Positions 41,301-49,860 of a DNA stretch of 64,000 nucleotides are shown in pieces. The stretch is from Candidatus Cloacimonadales bacterium (GTDB taxonomy: Bacteria; Cloacimonadota; Cloacimonadia; Cloacimonadales; DAONDQ01): NCBI GenBank assembly GCA_963662275.1, contig OY759316.1, positions 2,368,001 through 2,432,000 of the forward strand. Direction: 5' to 3'. The notes under the pieces are model-generated. The model made no database searches. It saw only the letters and a list, made by a program, of their open reading frames with translations, and had not been told where the DNA came from. Position 1 is the stretch's first letter. The number at the start of each line of letters is the position of its first letter. A program made the translations under genes and the position numbers.

Positions 41301-41648
41301 CTAAATCTTACAGCTTCTTAAACCGGAATTATAAAGAAGACCACTGGAACGATACATGGTCATCTTCGTAGAAATGAGCGGTAAATCTCTTTCTTCAGCC
41401 ATTTGAATCAATTCATCCGGAGGTATTTTACCACGTACGAAAACAACTGCCAGTAAATCGATCATATCCGCCAAACGAATGACTTGTGGATTTGTTAAAC
41501 CCGTTAACAGCAAAGTTGCTTCCTTCGTACACATCAGTATATCGCTTATCAAATCAGAACTGAAAGCGCAGGGAATTTCCTTATCCAAATTCACATTTGT
41601 TGAAAGAACTTCACCCTCTAACAGCTCAACCAGTTCGCTGAGTTTCAT
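41301..41648 (-). CDS. DRTGG-domain protein
   Basis: SDLISDIL, LLLTGLTNPQVIR, FVRGK; start at MKLSELV after AAGGA. Confidence 0.85.
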   Translation of the reverse strand: MKLSELVELLEGEVLSTNVNLDKEIPCAFSSDLISDILMCTKEATLLLTGLTNPQVIRLADMIDLLAVVFVRGKIPPDELIQMAEERDLPLISTKMTMYRSSGLLYNSGLRSCKI

Positions 41649-41731
41649 ACACAATCCTTTTTTTGTATTTGTTTTATGCACGAGATTCGGTTTGAAACAA
41701 ATCGTCAAGGATTTTCGATGTTGCATCTATC

Positions 41732-42055
41732 GTAGCGCTTACTTCAGGAGGTATTATTCGTAGCGCCTACTTCAGGAGGTATTATTCGTAGCGCCTACTT
41801 CAGGAGGTATTATTCGTAGCGCCTACTTCAGGAGGTATTATTCGTAGCGCCTACTTCAGGAGGTATTATTCGTAGCGCCTACTTCAGGAGGTATTATTCG
41901 TAGCGCCTACTTCAGGAGGTATTATTCGTAGCGCTTACTTCAGGAGGTATTATTCGTAGCGCCTACTTCAGGAGGTATTATTCGTAGCGCCTACTTCAGG
42001 AGGTATTGTTGTTTGTTAACGTACGATCGATATTACCTCCTAAAGTAAGCGCTAC
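41732..42055. repeat. REP array: 10 tandem 28-bp units plus one inverted REP
   Basis: Unit GTAGCGC(C/T)TACTTCAGGAGGTATTATTC starts every 28 bp from 41732 to 41984; inverted copy tacctcctaaagtaagcgctac ends at 42055. Confidence 0.95.
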
Positions 42056-42062
42056 ATCGTCG

Positions 42063-42725
42063 TTACGATAAACTCTGCAGTAAATACGTAAACTCTTCCA
42101 CTACCCAAGTCCACGTCCACATTTTGGGTTGATCAGCCAGTCCCGCTTTAACAGGATTCATAACGATATACTGAACAATCCTATTCAACTCATCTTCATT
42201 TCTTACATAGTGGTCATAGTATTCTCTTTGCCACAATTTCCCTGCTCTATTCAGCTCTAAATTAATAAATCTGGAGCTTCGCCCTTTGATTAAATTCATA
42301 ATCGTAGCAATTGAATTATACTCTCCTGCATCATTAGCAAGTGGTACGAAAAGGAAATGAACGTGATTAGGCAAGATTGTGAAAGCTAATAGATCATATA
42401 ATTGCTTATCATGGTAATGCAATTCATCAGCAACCAGTTGAGAACATTTAGGAAGTTGAAGTACGTTATCCGGATGCTGCAATCTGTCATAGTAGTTATC
42501 ATGAATGGCAAATAGCTTTTTTTTGATTATCATCTCGTTCTCAGCATTTTTAGGCATATTTTTGTATGAATGATACAACTCAGCTTCTTTAAGCTTAATA
42601 TGGTCGAAATACTCTTTAGGCATTGATAAATTAAGTCTGAAGGTAATAAATATTGGCTTGTCTGTTGGTTGTAAATGCGGAAGTCTTCTTCGATGAAAGT
42701 GCTGATATTGATTAGATGGCTGCAT
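42063..42725 (-). CDS. rayT: REP-associated tyrosine transposase (RAYT, HUH Y1)
   Basis: RRRLPH, FITFRL, HUH motif PNHVH, LWQREYYDH, YIVMNPVKAGL; GTAG-REPs on both sides. Confidence 0.92.
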   Translation of the reverse strand: MQPSNQYQHFHRRRLPHLQPTDKPIFITFRLNLSMPKEYFDHIKLKEAELYHSYKNMPKNAENEMIIKKKLFAIHDNYYDRLQHPDNVLQLPKCSQLVADELHYHDKQLYDLLAFTILPNHVHFLFVPLANDAGEYNSIATIMNLIKGRSSRFINLELNRAGKLWQREYYDHYVRNEDELNRIVQYIVMNPVKAGLADQPKMWTWTWVVEEFTYLLQSLS

Positions 42726-42786
42726 TATCCCTCCATATTCTAATATTTAAATCTATTTATTCTCCTGAATTTAGTCAAGCAGTATT

Positions 42787-42909
42787 GTAGCGCTTACTTT
42801 AGGAGGTTGTAGCGCTTACTTTAGGAGGTCTTATTCTCAATCGTACGGTAAAAAAACATAGCCTCCTAAAGTAAGCGCTACGAATATTACCTCCTAAAGT
42901 AGGCGCTAC
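42787..42909. repeat. REP cluster upstream of RAYT (2 direct and 2 inverted copies)
   Basis: gtagcgcttactttaggaggt at 42787 and 42809; inverted copies end at 42881 and 42909. Confidence 0.92.
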
Positions 42910-42933
42910 GGTCGGTGCTACGGTCAGCGCTGC

Positions 42934-42964
42934 AAAAAAAGGGCTACCCGACTGGGCAACCCTT
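42934..42964 (-). terminator. Rho-independent terminator of the 42988-44574 gene
   Basis: Minus strand AAGGGTTGCCC-agtc-GGGTAGCCC followed by TTTTTTT. Confidence 0.75.
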
Positions 42965-42987
42965 GGTGTATAGTCTTAATTACGACG

Positions 42988-44574
42988 TTACTTCATCAGT
43001 ATAACTTTCTTAGTTGCCAGGTAATCTGCAGTTTGCAGTCGATAGAAATAAACACCGCTTGAAACATGCTTACCATTATTATCAGAGCCATCCCAAGTGC
43101 AGGTGTATGTTCCACCAACAGATTTACTGGTGTTTTCAAGAGTTCTGACTTTCTGTCCCTTCAAATTATAGACTTCAAGCTGCACATTTCCGGCAGACTT
43201 TAAATCATACGTAATCATGGTCGGTGTTTTAAATGGATTTGGGTACGCATTATACAGCATAGTTTCATGTACAACCATTGGTGGCGTACTTGGACTGTCT
43301 ATATTTACCAATACCGGTCCAAACATCTGGTTCGTACCATCTAAATCGACACTTTCCAACCAATAGTAGTATTGCGAATTGGTCTCTACTGTTTCATCCA
43401 TATACGAATATGCTTGCGTTTGGGAAGTATTCGTTGCTCCAATAGCAGAGAAATTGACCATCTGTGCCAAACTGGCAATATTGCTCCCTCCACGATAGAT
43501 ATTGAACCCAAGAACATTCGTTTCAGATTGTGTTATCCATTTGATATTGCATAGGTTGTTGTCCGTTTGAAAAGCTGTGAAAGAGGAGAGTTCAACGGGA
43601 CATTCAAGACCATGAATAGCAGGACTGTTTATTATTATCGTACCCCCAGGATCTGGAGGACCTGGTACATAAATGACTGTTTGAGGAATTGATGATGATG
43701 TAAATATGACATTATACAAATCTTCCCAAAAAGCTCTCCATTGCTCCCAGCCCGGATCATTATAATGTTCATAAATATATTGAGAGAGCTCATATTCTTC
43801 GTAAATAACTAATGCAAAATCGGCATAAGGGTTTGCAATCACCATTACCTGCAAATGCATAAATACACAAACACCTATTTTCTCGCCACTACCCTTGAGT
43901 GGAGGTTCATAATTTGTGTAATTACCTATGTCAAAGAACAAGTTATTTTCGCTGAACTTTAAAACAGTTCTATCAAAAGCAATAGCAGTGATACCATTAA
44001 TCAAGTTAGGAGGGCAACATGATTCATTTTCGTTTGATGATTCTAGTTGCCAGTCACTGCCAAAATAATTGACAGCAAAAATAATGGATATAGAATTACC
44101 AGTAATCTGATAAACAATGATTTGATCTCCATTTTGGTTCAAGTCAAAAATTCCAGGATTATCTCCATAATTATCAACTTCGGACCAGGCATGCTTAAAC
44201 AATGTGTCATTTGCACAATATCCTTCAGGAAAATTTAACATTATTGGATGATATTTGAGAATTGAACCCGAAGGAATACTTTCTGGAATAATGATTTTCA
44301 CAGTTCCCTCATGACTAGTTTTATCATTAAATGTCCCATCGCTTTTAATGCCTCGATCGGTAAAATAAATTTCTGTCCCTTGAGATAATGGTGCAACATT
44401 CATGAAGGCAAATACTAATACATCATTTGGAGTATGATTCATATTAACTATTACAATATCCATCGGCTGTAAAACAGTCTGAGCGTGCAACGCAATAAAC
44501 GACGCGAAAAAAAGTAGGATTAAAGATAGAAGTAATACGTGATTAAATGAGTGGATGAGTAGCTTTTTCTTCAT
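42988..44574 (-). CDS. Secreted protein with (C)PVELSSF domain and FlgD/T9SS-like tail
   Basis: Signal peptide; GTEIYFTDRG and GDQIIVYQ N-domain motifs; YPNPF...WDG...SGVYFY...KKVILMK. Confidence 0.85.
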   Translation of the reverse strand: MKKKLLIHSFNHVLLLSLILLFFASFIALHAQTVLQPMDIVIVNMNHTPNDVLVFAFMNVAPLSQGTEIYFTDRGIKSDGTFNDKTSHEGTVKIIIPESIPSGSILKYHPIMLNFPEGYCANDTLFKHAWSEVDNYGDNPGIFDLNQNGDQIIVYQITGNSISIIFAVNYFGSDWQLESSNENESCCPPNLINGITAIAFDRTVLKFSENNLFFDIGNYTNYEPPLKGSGEKIGVCVFMHLQVMVIANPYADFALVIYEEYELSQYIYEHYNDPGWEQWRAFWEDLYNVIFTSSSIPQTVIYVPGPPDPGGTIIINSPAIHGLECPVELSSFTAFQTDNNLCNIKWITQSETNVLGFNIYRGGSNIASLAQMVNFSAIGATNTSQTQAYSYMDETVETNSQYYYWLESVDLDGTNQMFGPVLVNIDSPSTPPMVVHETMLYNAYPNPFKTPTMITYDLKSAGNVQLEVYNLKGQKVRTLENTSKSVGGTYTCTWDGSDNNGKHVSSGVYFYRLQTADYLATKKVILMK

Positions 44575-45078
44575 TTTTCCTCCCTATTTATTTTTAACAT
44601 TCTATACGCAGACACAATACAATAAATAGTTTCTTATATTGTTAAGGTTTTATTATCTAGGCAACTTTCAGGTATTGATGCAGATATTGGTAACATTCAT
44701 TGTGGATGTAAGATGTAAGACGGAAGATGGAAAATGGAAGATTTGCAGAGAAGACAACAGAGGCATAGTACTGAACCTTTATTTTTGAAAAGTTGTCTTT
44801 AGACGGTTCTATGTAATCTTTAAAGGACGTATGCAGCAATGGATGTTAGGGGCTAGTTGTTACAACATTGGAATGTATCTTATCCCACAGCTCACGCAGT
44901 GGGCTATCATCTTTCATAGTATGTGTTCAAATCCATCTTTCATTCTGCCAGTTCTGTCACTTTTAGTTTTTAGTTACTAGTTTTTAGTTTCTGCGGTCTT
45001 CCATTTCCCCCCCATTCGTAATTCGTAATTGATTTCTCCCCACTACCAATTTTTAATTTTTAATTTTTAATTCTTAAT

Positions 45079-45528
45079 TTAAATGACCTCCTTCCATCTC
45101 TCGTATCCCTCCACCTTCGGCAGCAGACCGGCATCGATAGCAGCTTTCAGTGAAATGCAAGGGAGATTCTGTTCAAAGATCTGTTCCCTGGTGATCGTGG
45201 AAAGGTCAACTGTATCCGGCATGGCAGTCTGCATTGCCCACATCAGCTTATTATAGACGTGGCACCAGGTGAAGATAGGGAATCCGGCATTTTGCGGGAG
45301 GTTATTGTAAGATAGACAATAGTCTTTCAGATCGTACTTATAGAATTGACTGGGTTCAATGGCGTATATCTGCTTCTGCGCAGATTTGAACGGTTTCTGA
45401 CCGGGATGGTTCTTGAATGTGAATGATGTCCTGGCTCGTGGCTTACCTGTGAATTTGTCTATATAGTAAATCAAGCCATCAAGTTTACCCGTAAATCCGT
45501 GGATCATGTGTTTGAAGTATGGTTTCAT
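45079..45528 (-). CDS. Small basic hypothetical protein (149 aa) with a DUF6266-like N-terminal motif
   Basis: AGGAG RBS before MKPYFK; GFTGKLDGLIYY motif. The ORF-track extension to 45651 only translates repeats. Family resemblance is tentative. Confidence 0.7.
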   Translation of the reverse strand: MKPYFKHMIHGFTGKLDGLIYYIDKFTGKPRARTSFTFKNHPGQKPFKSAQKQIYAIEPSQFYKYDLKDYCLSYNNLPQNAGFPIFTWCHVYNKLMWAMQTAMPDTVDLSTITREQIFEQNLPCISLKAAIDAGLLPKVEGYERWKEVI

Positions 45529-45549
45529 TTTATCTCCTATTTTTCTTTT

Positions 45550-45642
45550 CCCTCCCATTTGCAAAGGGAGGGTGGCTTTAGCCGGGAGAGCTAGTTCTGT
45601 TCTGTTCTTGTTCTGCTCTTGTTCTGTTCTTGTTCTGCTCTG
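45550..45642. repeat. CCTCCC...GGGAGG palindrome followed by 4 x 11-bp GTTCTG(T/C)TCT(T/G) array
   Basis: ccctcccatttgcaaagggaggg at 45550-45572; 11-bp units at 45599, 45610, 45621 and 45632. Confidence 0.8.
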
Positions 45643-45827
45643 AGCTAGCACCTAACACCTAGAACCTAGAGCCTTCTGCAAAAACACCTCTCATATATAT
45701 ATAGGAGGGAGCATTTTGCCTAAATCGAGGGAGCATTTGAAAAAAGTTCGATTTTTTTTGTTTTATCTTCTATTTATTTCAATTCTTCTTTCTTCATTTT
45801 TAATTCTTTTGAACTACTGTTCCACTG

Positions 45828-45908
45828 CTATACGATTACGGTACAAATACGGTTTTTTACCGTAATGCTACCGTATTGCTACCGTATTGCTACCGTAATG
45901 CTCTTATG
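45828..45908 (-). repeat. 81-bp dispersed element with 3 x 11-bp units (copy 2, inverted relative to 21127-21218)
   Basis: Reverse complement matches 21127-21218 minus one unit. Confidence 0.9.
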
Positions 45909-46042
45909 GTGAAAAATGCCATTTGGCTGGAAGCATATTCGCAAGCTTCTAATTCGATTTGGAAGACTTCGCTATAGAAGGTAACCGCACGGTTCATATC
46001 GCTGACTGGGATTTCAATAAAACTGAAACGAAGAGTCTGCAT
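45890..46042 (-). pseudogene. Truncated VOC/glyoxalase-family gene (50 codons)
   Basis: MQTLRFSFIEIPVSDMNRAVTFYSEVFQIEL...QMAFF is a typical VOC N-terminus. The frame then enters the 81-bp element and stops. Confidence 0.75.
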
Positions 46043-46387
46043 AATACTTCCTTGTAAGTTAATAGAAACCTATTGTCATTGGACGTTGAGACTCCTTTGA
46101 CAATATGCAAGAACAATATGCAAACTGTCAGGATTGTCAAGAAGAAGGTTGTAGGTGGTAGGTTTTAGGTACTAGCCAGAGAAGAGACAGAACTAGCTCT
46201 CCCCTGCCTCTCTTTTTGATATCTGTTGCACAATAGCATATTCCAAAACGAAATTTCTATTAGTAAAAATTACTTGACTAAATCAATCTAATTCCATTAG
46301 TCAATGAATTGTGGAAATGATTTCATGCTAATTCCTGTTATTATTAATAACGTAATTGTGTTTTGCATCATCAAGGAGTATGATATA

Positions 46388-47281
46388 ATGCGTATATTTC
46401 TTTTTATCTTATGTGTCATCCCATTATTTTTATATTCTCAAACTCCGGTAGGACGCTGGGACTTTGATAATCCTGACAATTTATTACAGGCTACAATCGG
46501 GAATAATTTGTCATTAGTGGGCTCTCATGTTCCTATAACGGGACCTTCTTTATCGAATGGGGCAGCAAGTATTGGCATTGGGAGCTATTATAAGTGCAAT
46601 CATGGTATGGCTGCCAATGGCGGAGGATCAAAAGTTAATGAATATACTGTCGTCATTGATTTTAAAATACCCCAGGATAATTTATGGCATAGTCTTATGC
46701 AAACAAATTACCAAAATACGGATGATGGAGATATCTGGATTGCGACGGATCGGTCAATTGGCGTGTTTGCCACCGGCTATTCATTCAATACAATCAATCC
46801 TAATACATGGTACAGATTAGTTATTGCAGTTGATTTGGGATCAACATTTAAGTATTATATAAATGGAAGTTTGTTCTACGAAGGATCAAATCAAATGGTG
46901 GATGGACGGTTTTCACTGTATCCGTCTGACCCTCTCAAACCGCTATTGTTCTTTGCTGATTATAATGGACAAGATAATACAGTGATGGTTTCCATGATAT
47001 CGATTTATAGCTCCTGCCTTACAGCATCCCAAGTCAGCGCTTTAGGTGGAGTAGGCAGCATTATCACCCTCAGTACACCTACAAATCTAACAGTCTCAAA
47101 AGCTGGCAACCAAGTTCATTTGCAATGGGATCAGGTAAGTGGAGCTACTCTCTATCATATATATGAGACTGATATACCTACAGCCGTGAATTGGGGTATG
47201 CCAGTTGTTAATACATACAACAAATATTATAACTTCAATGTACCTCTACAGAAGGCGTTTTATCGAGTAACAGCAGAATAA
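46388..47281 (+). CDS. Secreted LamG/concanavalin-like domain protein with C-terminal Fn3-like domain
   Basis: AGGAG RBS; signal peptide; NEYTVVIDF, WYRLVIAVD, DGRFSL; tail LQWDQVSGATLYHIY...FYRVTAE. Confidence 0.75.
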   Translation: MRIFLFILCVIPLFLYSQTPVGRWDFDNPDNLLQATIGNNLSLVGSHVPITGPSLSNGAASIGIGSYYKCNHGMAANGGGSKVNEYTVVIDFKIPQDNLWHSLMQTNYQNTDDGDIWIATDRSIGVFATGYSFNTINPNTWYRLVIAVDLGSTFKYYINGSLFYEGSNQMVDGRFSLYPSDPLKPLLFFADYNGQDNTVMVSMISIYSSCLTASQVSALGGVGSIITLSTPTNLTVSKAGNQVHLQWDQVSGATLYHIYETDIPTAVNWGMPVVNTYNKYYNFNVPLQKAFYRVTAE

Positions 47282-47361
47282 CAATCTCTTTTTTTCTATT
47301 TTAGTTTATTAGTATCAATTTACTCTGCGAAGTTGTTCGAACCCGGTGATCTGTTTTCGTT

Positions 47362-49860
47362 TTATTTTAAAAGCAATACTTTTTGAGCAAACGTAGATCT
47401 ACCAGCAACCATCCTGATAAAATATACACCTGATGATACAGATTTTCCATTCTCATCCATACCGTCCCAACTTGTTCTGTAATTGCCCATATCGCTATGT
47501 TTTGATATCAAATTGCAGACATATTCACCTTTCAGGTTATAAACGCTAATCGTAACATCTGCTGACTTTGTTAAGAAATATTGTATCATCGTCATGCTTA
47601 CGAAAGGATTTGGGAATACATTCTTCAAGCCGGTGGTTACTGAAATAACTGGGGTTTCATGATCAGTAAAAGGATTTGTTACATAGATAGTGGAAGGTCC
47701 ATAAAAAGAAAATTCGCCATTGACATCGAGATTCTGTAGCCAATAGTACCATGATCCAGTACCCACTTCAAGATCAGTATACGAGTAGTTTTCTTGAGAA
47801 GATGTATTAGTTGCAGGTATAATCGTATTAATTCGTTCGGCAGTATTGAGGTCATTTCTCGTGTTTCGGTAGATATAATAACCTGCAACTCCTGTCTCGG
47901 ATTGAGTTGACCAATCAAGACGAACAAAATAGTCACTTGTTAGAACTGTAGTAAAAGAAGAAAGTTCAACCGGAAGGGTTTCATCGTTCCCCGAGATTGT
48001 AAATTCGCCATTACTATCCTTCGTTCCGAGTGTTTTTGTAAAAGCAGCAGTTCTTGGATTTGTCAGGTTCACTGTAATAGAATTAATGAATATCCAGTCA
48101 GAACCATTATAACTCCATAAATGGCAGCCTCTGCTAAGATCCATTCCATTATCAGCAGAAGAAGGCCAGCTCAAGGTAATCTGAATACTTCCCGAAGAAC
48201 TACCTCCGATATACCATCTTCTACTGATGGAATGTGTTCCATCGTTATAATCGGCAGGAGCAGGATATTCTGTAACAGAAAGAGCAGAAATGCTGTTCGC
48301 TCCGTCAAAGGCAATATCTTTTCCGCTTAGAGTTAAGGTTTTACTATTCAGATTGAGACTACCATTAGTAAAAATGAGATTATCAGTTGAAATACTAGTG
48401 GGTAATATAACAGTATTACCGACTCCGGGTTCCACTGTCAGGGTAGCAATTGAATTTGGTAACGAAATTGGTGAGATTGTTGTGACCTTCAGTACCGGAT
48501 TTGTTATCCCTGTTGCTACTCCCCTTCCATTATAGATCAGATTTGGTGTTCCTGTTAATGTTCCGGATACTGTCAAATTATAATTACCAAGAGTCATTGT
48601 GCCGGATGTTGCCGTGAATGTACCACCAATACTCAAAGCTCCCTCCAAAGTAACTCCATTTGCTCTATCTAGTTTGAAATTCGTTAACGCTAATGCAGGT
48701 AGGCTTATATTTGATCCAGTCCCCTGAACCCATAGACTTCCTGAAGTTCCGCTAAGTAACGTACCACTATTCTGAGTTAAACTGCAACCGTTCAATACTA
48801 ATGTTGTAGCCCCCAAACTCAGATCACCTCCATTGAGAACTAAAGAATTGTCCACATAAGTTGATGTATTCAGAGTTTTTGGACCGCCGTTTGAAACAAT
48901 AAGATTGGAGTAGTTTGAATTTCCAAATCTATATACAGATGTCGCACCAGCCTTGGCATACTCTACGGTAGAACCGGAATTAATATTATATGTGTTACCG
49001 GTAGAACTGGGTACTGAAGTACAGGAATCAAGGATTCTGAGTATACCTCCACTGTTGATCGTTAATATATGCGTGGCAGCACTCGAGGCAGAACAGTTTA
49101 TTTTCTTTGCCTCTACTACACCTCCGTTGTTAATAATAAGTGAGGTCGTATAATATCCATGAGGACATCGGTTATAAAGATAGAGGATATTGCCGACTTT
49201 TAGAGTTCCGTTTATCGTCAGTGAGCCTCCCACATATGAGGTATTGGGAGTTGCGCCATTGAGACAGACACATGAATATGGGTTTACCGAACAATCCAAT
49301 GTACATCCCGCATTGATAGTAACATCAAAATGTGTATATAATCCGTTGTTATAAAATGCAGTTTGACTGGTGAATGTGGATGTTCCATAAGTTAGTGTAA
49401 CGTTCATGGCTATCGTAACGACCGGATACAAATTCGTGTTTGTAATTTTCCGAATCATACATGCCTTGAAAGTACCTGTACCGCCAATAGTTATTGCTAC
49501 TCCTTCAAGATTGAAACTGATGGCATCATCTGTAGTACCGTTTCCAATAGTTCCATTACAGGTGATGCTACCCCATACGTTGACGAATTTCATATTAGTA
49601 GCATCTGGAACCAGGTTCGCATACAGCTTTCCTCCCGTATCGATAATCAGGTTTCTACAGTCTTGCGAAGGGTTGCTTGTAACGATAATATGACCATTTT
49701 GAATTGTAACATCATCACCGGTCCCAGGAGTACCATTAGGAGTCCAGATTGTTGGAGTCCCCCAATTACCCGAACCATTACTCAAATATGAAGCAGCAAA
49801 TAATGATCCAGTAGAAATAACCAATAGAATAATGAATATTGCACATATTGCTCTTCTCAT
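47362..49860 (-). CDS. Large secreted beta-rich protein with LPVELSSF domain and FlgD/T9SS-like tail (similar architecture to 23369-25753)
   Basis: Signal peptide; SGNW...W...PGTGDDVTI N-terminus; FPNPF...WDG...SGVYF...KVLLLK. Confidence 0.85.
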   Translation of the reverse strand: MRRAICAIFIILLVISTGSLFAASYLSNGSGNWGTPTIWTPNGTPGTGDDVTIQNGHIIVTSNPSQDCRNLIIDTGGKLYANLVPDATNMKFVNVWGSITCNGTIGNGTTDDAISFNLEGVAITIGGTGTFKACMIRKITNTNLYPVVTIAMNVTLTYGTSTFTSQTAFYNNGLYTHFDVTINAGCTLDCSVNPYSCVCLNGATPNTSYVGGSLTINGTLKVGNILYLYNRCPHGYYTTSLIINNGGVVEAKKINCSASSAATHILTINSGGILRILDSCTSVPSSTGNTYNINSGSTVEYAKAGATSVYRFGNSNYSNLIVSNGGPKTLNTSTYVDNSLVLNGGDLSLGATTLVLNGCSLTQNSGTLLSGTSGSLWVQGTGSNISLPALALTNFKLDRANGVTLEGALSIGGTFTATSGTMTLGNYNLTVSGTLTGTPNLIYNGRGVATGITNPVLKVTTISPISLPNSIATLTVEPGVGNTVILPTSISTDNLIFTNGSLNLNSKTLTLSGKDIAFDGANSISALSVTEYPAPADYNDGTHSISRRWYIGGSSSGSIQITLSWPSSADNGMDLSRGCHLWSYNGSDWIFINSITVNLTNPRTAAFTKTLGTKDSNGEFTISGNDETLPVELSSFTTVLTSDYFVRLDWSTQSETGVAGYYIYRNTRNDLNTAERINTIIPATNTSSQENYSYTDLEVGTGSWYYWLQNLDVNGEFSFYGPSTIYVTNPFTDHETPVISVTTGLKNVFPNPFVSMTMIQYFLTKSADVTISVYNLKGEYVCNLISKHSDMGNYRTSWDGMDENGKSVSSGVYFIRMVAGRSTFAQKVLLLK

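Noticed and set aside
41732..42007. CRISPR array
   Set aside because: Units are contiguous with no unique spacers, there are no cas genes, and the same motif flanks the RAYT in both orientations.
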